A stretch of 64,000 nucleotides of DNA, from IMG/VR virus record IMGVR_UViG_3300017963_000188, positions 294,039-358,038 of that record; one strand, 5' to 3'. The notes under the pieces were generated by a model, which saw only the letters and a program-made list of their open reading frames with translations, did not search any database and was not told the DNA's origin. How positions within the stretch are numbered: position 1 is the first letter of the stretch; each line of letters starts with the position of its first letter. A program made the position numbers and the translations under genes. Below, in pieces: positions 1 through 9,341 of this stretch.

Positions 1-6
1 GGTGAT

Positions 7-1377
7 ATGACACTTCTCAAATTTAGTGCTGTGAATCCTCTTAATATTGTGTTAGATAATTCATATATCCAAACAGGTAATGGATTACTAGATCTAGATC
101 TTAATAATAGTAAATTAGCTGTGTTAACAAGTAGTCCAACTACTGATATTCTGAAAATTTATAATGAAATAAATACACAAGTACAGTTCCATCAAATAAT
201 ATCTTCTTCAATTGATACTGATTATCTTGATTCTGAAACGGCAGTCATTGAAGATTTGACTGCAACAATAGTCAGGACAAATACTATTGATGGTGGCAGT
301 TCTTTATTGTCTGTAGATGCTAATACTGAAATAACAGGTTCACTAATAACTAATGGTGTGACCAATTCTGGTATTGTGCGGAGTTCTGATTCTAATATAC
401 CAATCCAAGGAAGTGCTACTGGGTCATATTCATCTAGTCAGATAGTAGGTTCTCAGCTCGCTCCTTGGGGTGTTGATATCGATTACACTACTGGTAAAGT
501 CTATTGGGCCAGTTATGGTAGATCTTCTGGGCAAGATATCATTCAAAGAGCTAATCTAGATGGGACGAATGTTGAAACAATAATTGGTGGCTTGCAGCAA
601 CCATATGCTTTAGAGTTAGATGTTCCTGGAGGAAAAGTCTATTGGTCTGATATGTTTACCAATGGTATTCATAGAGCTGATCTTGATGGGTCAAATACTG
701 AACAAATAATAACAGGACAAGATGAACCTCGTGATATAGCTCTTGATTTAGTTGGGGGAAAGGTGTATTGGACAGAATCTGCTGGGAATGTAGTGAGAAG
801 AGCTAATCTTAATGGTTCTTCTGTTGAAACTCTTGTCTCAGGTCTTTCGCAACCACAAGGGATAGCGGTAGATCCAGCAAATGGTAAGATGTATTATTCT
901 GATGAAACTCTTGCAAAGATAGTGCAGGCCAATTTGGATGGTTCTTCACCTGTAGATATTTTAACAACTATAGATGCTCGTAATCTTGTTGTTAGGCATA
1001 ATAAATTATTTATTTCGGAGTATGTTTCTGATCGTATTAGAATGTCTAATTTAGATGGTTCTAATCTTGTATATATTAAATCAGGTGTGAATCTGACTCC
1101 ATGTGGTATTGGTGTGAGAGACCATTTATTGGTTTGGACATCAACATATAATGATAATGTAAGTAAAATACCATTAGTTGTGTCAGGTATTTTAGGTGAG
1201 GCAGAAGATGGTTATGGTGGATACTTTTTTGGGACAAGTACCAGAGCACCTATCCATGTTGAAGGTATGAGTGCTTTACCATCAAGTGCAATGCAAGGTG
1301 ATATTGCAGTTAGAGATAGTGATAACACCGTACATATATACCTGAATAGTGCTTGGAGACAGTTCACTGTCACATAG
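7..1377 (+). CDS. Virion/tail protein with YWTD (LDL-receptor class B-like) beta-propeller; probably 5'-truncated by the window edge
   Basis: Repeats GKVYW(A/S/T)..RANLDG (about 5 copies); frame is open to position 1; sits in the structural gene cluster. Confidence 0.7.
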   Translation: MTLLKFSAVNPLNIVLDNSYIQTGNGLLDLDLNNSKLAVLTSSPTTDILKIYNEINTQVQFHQIISSSIDTDYLDSETAVIEDLTATIVRTNTIDGGSSLLSVDANTEITGSLITNGVTNSGIVRSSDSNIPIQGSATGSYSSSQIVGSQLAPWGVDIDYTTGKVYWASYGRSSGQDIIQRANLDGTNVETIIGGLQQPYALELDVPGGKVYWSDMFTNGIHRADLDGSNTEQIITGQDEPRDIALDLVGGKVYWTESAGNVVRRANLNGSSVETLVSGLSQPQGIAVDPANGKMYYSDETLAKIVQANLDGSSPVDILTTIDARNLVVRHNKLFISEYVSDRIRMSNLDGSNLVYIKSGVNLTPCGIGVRDHLLVWTSTYNDNVSKIPLVVSGILGEAEDGYGGYFFGTSTRAPIHVEGMSALPSSAMQGDIAVRDSDNTVHIYLNSAWRQFTVT

Positions 1378-1387
1378 GAATAGATTT

Positions 1388-4300
1388 ATGGTAGATTTCA
1401 ATGAACATCTTAAAGATCTGTTAGACCTAACCTCAAAGAAGGTTTTGGGTCGTGAGCATACTTCAGGAGATCTTTCTCCTGAACTTGAACAGATCCGTCG
1501 CCCATATAATCAAATCACACCATATGATTATGTTAAAAATACAGGTCTTGAGAACCTTAGCTACACAAGAGGTATTAGGAAACCATCTGGTCAAAATCCA
1601 CAAAAGAATTTGTTTAACTTTTTGAAAAACTCCGGTTCAGATGCCATTGGTCGAATTGCTACCATAGTTGGGATAGAAGAACTAGGTTCTTCAGATGTGG
1701 ATGGAGCTAGCAAAGCTCAATTCTTGAGTGGTCCTGATAGATTGGTGCATGACACTGCAAGTTATTTCTCAAACCAAGGAGTGACGGCAGGAGACTATTG
1801 TTACTTCCCATGGAATAGGAAGTTTTATCGTATCTTCAGTGTGGCTGCCGATACAATTCAGTTTGATGGTACTCCTCTTAGTGATAGTGGGTTTGTTGCT
1901 TCTACATATTATGATGCCCTGATCCTTACATTACAGCCTGAAAAATTATATACGGTTCCTGGCATCCTTGGACAAGAACAGACATACTTCATGATGAGAC
2001 CTGATAGTCCTCCAATCATTAATTCAGGAGATTATGCTTCAGATCCTCACGAGTTGGAAGAATATCGGTTACGACCATTGATGCCATATCGAAAGCCTGT
2101 TCGAATTGATGCTATCTTCAATGAGGCTTTAGGAAGTGAAGATTTAAAAGAGAATTGGGATTTCCAGATTGTACTATTTCCCGATGATGGATCAGGTTCT
2201 CCTGATCTTACAAAGCCTATTGTAGAGGGTCCTGTTGTTATAGACAGTGAGAAATCACTAGATGAACAGGCTATGATTGTGGATCATGCTAATGGTTCTG
2301 TTCGGTTTACAGTACCCCCTCAACCTGGAGATGCTATAAATCCAACTTCTATCACTGGTCAATCTTTGAAGCTTTGGGCTGTATATGCTGTTATCACACC
2401 AGATCCAACTCATTTTTCAAATGGTGATGTGTCTGGATATAGTAATATAGCAAGAGGTCTGACAGATTATCCTGCAATTGATGTTGAGTCAGGTCTATAT
2501 GATTACCCTTCATATTTTCAATATGATCGTAATCGTAAAATCTGGTCACTATTTTCTGGATCTAAATATCTAGACCCAAATTCTGAGGACCAACCAGTCC
2601 AAGGTTTTGAGATTGGTGAAATGGGTAGGGGAAAAGATAATAGTCCTGGATTCAAGTTAGACCATGTGAATGGTAGGTGGGAAGTTAGATCAAAAGCATT
2701 AGATGCTTCTGAGGACATTACTCTATTTCTAAGTTCTGGTGAAGATGGTGTATCACAACTTGGGATTGGTGCTCTTCAAAATGGATCAAAGTTAAGTGAC
2801 TTTGGATATGATGAGTCTGATGATAGATGGTCTTTAACAAGTAATTTGAGATTGAAAAAATCTCTTGATGCATTCACTCTACAGACATTGGGATCAGATA
2901 ATTTGGATACATTTGCTGATCCTGATATGATTCGTATTTATAACAGTAATTGCATTTTAGCATTGAGAAACAAAGGTACTTATACAGCAGAAATTGGTTT
3001 GTTTCATGCCGCAGACCTTGATACAAATTCAGTGACTCTTAAGGATACCATTACAGTTCCGAATGCAGTGAGTTTTGTATTTGCGAATTGGAATGGTTAT
3101 AGACTGTATGTTGCTTTAAGCAATGGTGATATTGCTAGATATAATATTCTTCCAACTATATATGATGCTGGAGCTACGTTTAGTTATGTTACCACATATA
3201 CAACAATACCTTATGGATATACAGTTGTTGAGGTGAAAGATATTCAGTATGAAGGGACACCTAGACCTCCAAGTGATCCAGATCCTTTTGGAGAATCATT
3301 TCATAGAGTATTGGTTTCTGTTATTATAGATGATGCAGGGGATCATAAACTTACTTTTGGTGGTGTTGAGCTTCAAGTTGGTGGTGGTGATTACATACCA
3401 ACCACTGTTTTCCGTACCTTTGGTGCTGTCCTAACTTCAGATACTGATCCAGTTGGACAATATATATTTGTAGATGGGCTTTCAAATGATTATTCACATG
3501 AAGACAATGACCATATCTATGCTATAACAAATAATGGTGTTGATTGGTATACATCCACAGATTTCCCTGATTCTACAGATTTTATTGTTGGGTATCGTGA
3601 TTTTGAATCTATATCAAATGTAATAGCTCAATGCTATTATGACCGAGTTTTGTATGTAGTTTCATCTACAGCATTACGTGTCGTTGATGTTCCTGATGAT
3701 GAGACATACACTTTTATAACCAGGGGATCAACTACAGATGGTATTGAGACTCCAATAGATATTACTATTGATGGGCCAAATTCTATTGTTTACATTTTGA
3801 ATTCAGATTCAACAGTGTCTATCTATGATGTGTCAGATCCTGATACACCTACATTCCTTAGGACTCGTCCAGTTAATTTCTCCTCAACTCCACGTCAGAT
3901 AGAGTTCTTTGATTACACTGGTAATGCTTTAGCATTAGAGCAAGGTGATGATAATGGTGGTGTGGTTTCTTTGATTGGTGATGAGACGTATCTATCAACT
4001 ATCGATAATTTACGTTCCAGCTCTATAAATACAGATGTTATAAGTACAGACTTATTAGAGTCAAATGACCCTACTGATATTTTGAAATTGAATGTAGCAA
4101 AAATTATGTCAGGGGAGTTTGTAACTATCGGAGATGGTACCAATACATTTGGGCATTACAATGGTACTGATGAAACTCCATTTTCAGATGCTGTGACAAA
4201 ACTCCCAAATGGTGGGACTATATTTGTTTTTCCTGGGACATATACTTTTGGTAGTAATGTCAATTTACCCAATGGTGTAAATTTGATTGGATCTGATCCA

Positions 4301-6256
4301 AACAATTGTGTTATAGAAATTGGTTATAATGGTTCTTGTTTCACAGGGCTAGGTGACCAATCATTTAAAAATCTAACCTTCGATTTGAATTATGCATTGA
4401 CTTCTATAGTTTCAATTTTACAATGTTCTGGAGACACTATAATAGAAAACTGTGTTTTCAAAACAACTGTAACTTCCATCACTGGGGCTTGTCGTCATGT
4501 GGAATTTTCTAGTGTTTGGAACATAGTTATTCGAGATTGTAAGTTTATTGATTCTTCAAGTTATGTCAGAGATATTTATGTGTATTATTGCAATAATGTC
4601 ATGATTGATAATTGCACTTTTGCATATAGTACAGGTAATCCAAGTCAACAGGGGATTTATTTAGAAAACTCTAATAATGTTGATGTTCGTAATTGTTACA
4701 TTGATGCAGAGTATGCTAGTGGTGGTGACTGGATATTCATTTATAATTGTACTATGGTTAATGTGCTGCACAACCATGCTCATACAGATTTCAGTGACTG
4801 TTTTGTTGAATTAGCTGGTACTTGTAGTGATGTGAATATAATTGGTAATAGATGTCAATATACAGCATCTTCTACGGCTATCAATACATTGTTCTCACAG
4901 GCTAATTTGACCAGAGTAAACATTAGTGACAATTCTTTTGTGACTATTACATTCTGGGGTGGTACTCTTTCTAAAGTACACATTAAAAGTAATGATTTAA
5001 GAGGTTTGTATGACACCTCCAATATTTATGTCAGTGCTTCTGTAACTTCAGCACAAGAGGTTTTTATTCTAGATAATGACATATATAGTGCTCAGGATGG
5101 GAGTTTTGGTGCTCTCTCTCTTCGTGGTACAGGGGTCAGAGACAAGTTCTTCATAGTAGGTAACCGTGTGCAGACTACACATTATTATGCTCATGGTATA
5201 GAAATAGGGTATGATTTTGATAATACTGTGATTCGAGGAAATGATATACGATTTGTTATTTCAAATACGAGTTCTTTTGGTGGTTCCGGTATTTATATTA
5301 AACCTGAGAGTTCATCAGCTACTACAACTATGATTATTGAAAACAATGTAGTTGCTGGTAATTATCGATACGGTATGTTTTTGAGTAGTCTTAGATATGG
5401 TTCTGTTAAAGATAATGAGGTGTCTGGTTGGAAAGAGAAAGGTATATACTGGGAAAATTCTAGTGCTGAGGGTTTTGTGATCGGTAACAATGTGCATAGT
5501 AATGTGGGTTCAGTAACATCCGGTGACTTAGTGGCAGGATTAGATATTTTGTATCAAGAAAGAATGATAGTTTCTGATAACCAAGTACATAATTTATCTC
5601 ATATTGGTGGTGGTGGAAGTCTATATGGTATTCGAGCATATTTTACAGAATTTACATGTGAAGTGAAAAGGAACCGTCTTTATGATTTTACTATGAGTGG
5701 TACTGGTGAAACTAGATGTATTGATGTTGATAGTGGGGTGGTAAGTTCTAATCATGTTTCAAAAATAACATCCACGGGTGGGGGGTCTGTTTATGGGTTG
5801 AATGTTTTTCCCACAGGGGATACTACACATATTACTGATAATTTCATATCCCAATTATCTACAGCAAGTGATGGGTATGGTATCACTATTGGTATCAGTT
5901 TTGGTTCTGTAGGTATGATTGTTTCTGGTAATAAGGTGCAAATTACAGAAACAGGGAGTGGTACAGCTCGTGGTATAGCTATATCATTTTTAGCTTCTAC
6001 TACACTTTTAGCTATAACCAATAATGTATGTAGTGCTGGTCCTACTGGAAGAGCATTGGAATTTTTTGGCACTTTAACCAATATTTCAGATTCTATTTGC
6101 AATAGTAACATTTTCAATGGTTCTACTTCAGTGTATAAAGGCACAGGAGTTGTAGATATGTTGTTTATTGGTAATTGGGCTCAAACTATATCTGGTGGTG
6201 GATCATTTGCAGACTTTGCCGCTGGTGATGGTGGTCACTACCATAGGGAATCATAG
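1388..6256 (+). CDS. Large tail fibre/tailspike with C-terminal right-handed parallel beta-helix (pectate-lyase-like) domain
   Basis: About 1620 aa; GGTIFVFPGTY beta-helix cap followed by many I.(D/G)N..I repeats; N-terminal module shared with the next ORF; start moved to ATG 1388. Confidence 0.75.
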   Translation: MVDFNEHLKDLLDLTSKKVLGREHTSGDLSPELEQIRRPYNQITPYDYVKNTGLENLSYTRGIRKPSGQNPQKNLFNFLKNSGSDAIGRIATIVGIEELGSSDVDGASKAQFLSGPDRLVHDTASYFSNQGVTAGDYCYFPWNRKFYRIFSVAADTIQFDGTPLSDSGFVASTYYDALILTLQPEKLYTVPGILGQEQTYFMMRPDSPPIINSGDYASDPHELEEYRLRPLMPYRKPVRIDAIFNEALGSEDLKENWDFQIVLFPDDGSGSPDLTKPIVEGPVVIDSEKSLDEQAMIVDHANGSVRFTVPPQPGDAINPTSITGQSLKLWAVYAVITPDPTHFSNGDVSGYSNIARGLTDYPAIDVESGLYDYPSYFQYDRNRKIWSLFSGSKYLDPNSEDQPVQGFEIGEMGRGKDNSPGFKLDHVNGRWEVRSKALDASEDITLFLSSGEDGVSQLGIGALQNGSKLSDFGYDESDDRWSLTSNLRLKKSLDAFTLQTLGSDNLDTFADPDMIRIYNSNCILALRNKGTYTAEIGLFHAADLDTNSVTLKDTITVPNAVSFVFANWNGYRLYVALSNGDIARYNILPTIYDAGATFSYVTTYTTIPYGYTVVEVKDIQYEGTPRPPSDPDPFGESFHRVLVSVIIDDAGDHKLTFGGVELQVGGGDYIPTTVFRTFGAVLTSDTDPVGQYIFVDGLSNDYSHEDNDHIYAITNNGVDWYTSTDFPDSTDFIVGYRDFESISNVIAQCYYDRVLYVVSSTALRVVDVPDDETYTFITRGSTTDGIETPIDITIDGPNSIVYILNSDSTVSIYDVSDPDTPTFLRTRPVNFSSTPRQIEFFDYTGNALALEQGDDNGGVVSLIGDETYLSTIDNLRSSSINTDVISTDLLESNDPTDILKLNVAKIMSGEFVTIGDGTNTFGHYNGTDETPFSDAVTKLPNGGTIFVFPGTYTFGSNVNLPNGVNLIGSDPNNCVIEIGYNGSCFTGLGDQSFKNLTFDLNYALTSIVSILQCSGDTIIENCVFKTTVTSITGACRHVEFSSVWNIVIRDCKFIDSSSYVRDIYVYYCNNVMIDNCTFAYSTGNPSQQGIYLENSNNVDVRNCYIDAEYASGGDWIFIYNCTMVNVLHNHAHTDFSDCFVELAGTCSDVNIIGNRCQYTASSTAINTLFSQANLTRVNISDNSFVTITFWGGTLSKVHIKSNDLRGLYDTSNIYVSASVTSAQEVFILDNDIYSAQDGSFGALSLRGTGVRDKFFIVGNRVQTTHYYAHGIEIGYDFDNTVIRGNDIRFVISNTSSFGGSGIYIKPESSSATTTMIIENNVVAGNYRYGMFLSSLRYGSVKDNEVSGWKEKGIYWENSSAEGFVIGNNVHSNVGSVTSGDLVAGLDILYQERMIVSDNQVHNLSHIGGGGSLYGIRAYFTEFTCEVKRNRLYDFTMSGTGETRCIDVDSGVVSSNHVSKITSTGGGSVYGLNVFPTGDTTHITDNFISQLSTASDGYGITIGISFGSVGMIVSGNKVQITETGSGTARGIAISFLASTTLLAITNNVCSAGPTGRALEFFGTLTNISDSICNSNIFNGSTSVYKGTGVVDMLFIGNWAQTISGGGSFADFAAGDGGHYHRES

Positions 6257-6265
6257 AGGATTGTC

Positions 6266-8362
6266 ATGGAATCATATTATCAGAATTTACTCTTGAAGGC
6301 TCTTAAAGCTACTCAGGGAAAGATTCAAATATCTAGTGGAGCTTTGATAGGTCAAGAAGGTCTTACGATTCCTGTGAGCCAATCTGTGCCTTTTGGGAAT
6401 GAGTTTGGACATGCCTTAACGGATCTCGAAGTTCAAGCTACGTTCAGAAAACCATGTAGTACACAAGCTCTCAAAAATCTGTTTACTACCTTTGAGGGAG
6501 AGTCTTCATATGGTTATAAAGGTCGGTTAGGAACTTACTATGGTATCCAGGAATTGTCTTATTCAGATCGTGATACAGCCGATTATGCTACGATTACAGC
6601 TACCAATCAGTTGACTCATCAGACCTTTAGTTGGGGTGATGATGTTACTGCTGGTGATATGCTTATTGTTTCTGATCTCAATCCCGTATCAGGTACAAAA
6701 ACTGGTGTGAGACGTATTTCTGGAGGTGCTGCAACTGTTATCAGCACATATTCAGGACTTGGAGTCTCCACTAATCAAGTAGATGCTTCTGTACTTAGAC
6801 TTAAGCCAGTGCAACTTTTCACAGTACCTAGTCCAAATGGAGCAGGCACTGAACAGTTGTTTTTGACTGTTGATCCTAATAGTGATGCTGTGTCCAACCC
6901 TGAATATTTATCCAATTTGGGGCTGGTCAATGAACATCGTGTCTATCCTTTAATACCACCTAGAACTGGGGAAGAACGGGCTGATGGTATTTTCTATAGG
7001 ATTTCGGATTTAAAAGGTATGGGGGAGAATGACCTCAGGGCTGATGAGTGGGGTTTTAGGATAATTCTGTATCCTTCCAATAGTGGTGGGACCAGTCCAG
7101 ATCTCACAAAACCAATTGCTTCTCTTAATCCTGTTATAGATAGCACTAAACCATCTGATGAGCAAGATATGCTCATTGATTATGCTACTGGTTCGGTGTA
7201 TTTCACTACCCCACCTCGACCTGGAGATGCTATCAACCCAAATAGCTATACAGATGGTCCTATCAAGTTATGGGCTGTATTTGCTGCATTTAGTCTTGAA
7301 TCAGAAACAGGGGATTCTACGGTTCATAATACAGCTCGTATGATTATGGATCTACCATCTGGTGCTGATGCTGTATATGACCATCCTTCGTTCTTGAAAT
7401 ATAACAAGACCAAAAAGTTGTGGGGATTCTATTCAGGAAAAGGGGCTTTGAAAACAGCAGCAGGAGACCAACCTGTCCAGGGGTTCGAGTTTGGGGATGA
7501 TGTTGCTACTGAAGAAACAGTTCGTATGATATTGGACCAAGTAAATGGTAGGTGGGAAATTTGTTCAGTTCCTACAACATCAGCAAATTATCAAGGTCTG
7601 TTCCTTTATTCAGGTGTTAATGGTGGTCAAAACCCTGGTTTAGGTTTCAATATTGGTGGTACAGAATATGGCCTACGGATTGATAATTCTACTTTGGGTT
7701 GGACTTTTGATGGGGCAAGTTTTGTCTTCAATCAAGGTGCTTCTGGTAACATTGCCATTTCAATAAAGGGTGATGGTATAGCTCATGGTATGACTGGGCA
7801 TGTGCCAACTGATGTGTTTGGGATCATTACTCGACAGCATTCAACAGAAGGTGGGTTGATGGTAGCAGCATGGTCCAGTGGCACACGATCATTGGAGTTA
7901 ACTGGTTCTTCTACCACTGCTGATACATCAACATCAATTTCAGCAGCAGCTCCAATCCAACTTTCAGGCCAAAAAAGAGACACTACTACTATCCAAGCAT
8001 TAGCAGACACTGAAAATGTAGTGGTAATGCAGAATTTCTTCTCTTCCAAATGGATTCTAAAAGGCAATGGAGATCAATATATTACTGGGGCTTATGCTAA
8101 TTACGATTCTGAATCAGATGCTTTAGCCTGTCAAGATCTTGCTTATGAATTGTCTGGCTTGACAGATAAGGTGATTCAATATAATCGTAAGAAGTTGGAG
8201 AAAATCGGTGTGATGAAAAATGGTTTCATTCACCTTAACAATATGCTAGGATTGCAACTTGGAGCTATTGGTGAAGTATTCCAGATAGTTGAGATTTTAT
8301 GTGACAAAATGGGTCTAAGTTATGAAGAACTACGACAAATGATTCGTGGTCAGGAGATGTGA
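6266..8362 (+). CDS. Tail fibre-like virion protein sharing an N-terminal module with the 1388-6256 protein; possible C-terminal chaperone-like helical region
   Basis: Near-identical blocks SPDLTKPI, PP.PGDAINP, DQPVQGFE, LD.VNGRWE in both proteins. Confidence 0.65.
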   Translation: MESYYQNLLLKALKATQGKIQISSGALIGQEGLTIPVSQSVPFGNEFGHALTDLEVQATFRKPCSTQALKNLFTTFEGESSYGYKGRLGTYYGIQELSYSDRDTADYATITATNQLTHQTFSWGDDVTAGDMLIVSDLNPVSGTKTGVRRISGGAATVISTYSGLGVSTNQVDASVLRLKPVQLFTVPSPNGAGTEQLFLTVDPNSDAVSNPEYLSNLGLVNEHRVYPLIPPRTGEERADGIFYRISDLKGMGENDLRADEWGFRIILYPSNSGGTSPDLTKPIASLNPVIDSTKPSDEQDMLIDYATGSVYFTTPPRPGDAINPNSYTDGPIKLWAVFAAFSLESETGDSTVHNTARMIMDLPSGADAVYDHPSFLKYNKTKKLWGFYSGKGALKTAAGDQPVQGFEFGDDVATEETVRMILDQVNGRWEICSVPTTSANYQGLFLYSGVNGGQNPGLGFNIGGTEYGLRIDNSTLGWTFDGASFVFNQGASGNIAISIKGDGIAHGMTGHVPTDVFGIITRQHSTEGGLMVAAWSSGTRSLELTGSSTTADTSTSISAAAPIQLSGQKRDTTTIQALADTENVVVMQNFFSSKWILKGNGDQYITGAYANYDSESDALACQDLAYELSGLTDKVIQYNRKKLEKIGVMKNGFIHLNNMLGLQLGAIGEVFQIVEILCDKMGLSYEELRQMIRGQEM

Positions 8363-8655
8363 TGGGAATTTCTAGAGTTCTAGATTTTACTAGTCAGGAA
8401 GCAGGAGAATTTTTAGAGAATTTACTTGAAGGACCTGCACCGGATAATTTTTCAGAGGTAGAAATTGATGCTCTAAACAGCATCAAACAGGTTCGAGTCA
8501 AGTCTGACAAGATAAAACAGAGTATATTACAACACAAAAAAGAGATTGGAAATCTAGAAAAAGAGATCCAATTTCTCGAAGGTCAGTTCAATGCCTACTT
8601 TAATCTATTAGTATCTGCTGAGAATAGGCGTAGAAATGAAATAACGGAGAGCTAA
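8362..8655 (+). CDS. Small coiled-coil hypothetical protein (possible fibre assembly factor)
   Basis: AGGAG RBS, TGATG coupling to the upstream stop, heptad pattern. Confidence 0.55.
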   Translation: MGISRVLDFTSQEAGEFLENLLEGPAPDNFSEVEIDALNSIKQVRVKSDKIKQSILQHKKEIGNLEKEIQFLEGQFNAYFNLLVSAENRRRNEITES

Positions 8656-8656
8656 G

Positions 8657-9328
8657 ATGCGATTTGTTGTGGATAGATTTGATAAGAGAATAAAGGGAGC
8701 ATATCCTGAGGTGGATTTCCCTATCAATGGGAATTTCATCGTCAAGATACCTTCTACAGTAAGTGTTGACATTGAGCCAGATATGGACCTCGATGATCTT
8801 CAAGATAAGAAATCAATCGGAATCTTAGCTTACTACCCCAGTTTTTCTGATATCATTTTTGAGGATTTCCTTAACAGTTCTGGTGTTGAAGTACCTGGAA
8901 GTCCAGACCCAACTGTGTTATTTGCTGGTATAGGAGACACCTCTCCTGTAGGTTTTTCCCCTCATTCCAATATTCTACTACCTTATGATGGGACCAATTA
9001 TGGTCTCCTCACTTCTACTGGTGTAGATATGGGTGGTATGCCAGCCAATAATGATGTGATTGTGATTTGGGAATGCTTTGAAATCACCAGTGCTGAATCA
9101 GATGTTGATGGGGTGTCTACAATATTTTTCAATGAGTTAGATCCTGATGTTGTGAAATGTGAACTCTCATTTGATGATAACGTAACTCCTAGTTGGGAAC
9201 AGGTATATCATAATTCTTTTCATCAGATGACTCCTACAGGTCAGTGGGCTCGTATTAGGTTCACAAATAATCTTACATACTCAGACAAAAAAGTATGGCT
9301 AGGATCATACTCTATTTTGCATAATTAA
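8657..9328 (+). CDS. Hypothetical virion protein
   Basis: 223 aa ORF tightly packed in the structural operon. Confidence 0.55.
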   Translation: MRFVVDRFDKRIKGAYPEVDFPINGNFIVKIPSTVSVDIEPDMDLDDLQDKKSIGILAYYPSFSDIIFEDFLNSSGVEVPGSPDPTVLFAGIGDTSPVGFSPHSNILLPYDGTNYGLLTSTGVDMGGMPANNDVIVIWECFEITSAESDVDGVSTIFFNELDPDVVKCELSFDDNVTPSWEQVYHNSFHQMTPTGQWARIRFTNNLTYSDKKVWLGSYSILHN

Positions 9329-9341
9329 GAGGTGAATAGCT

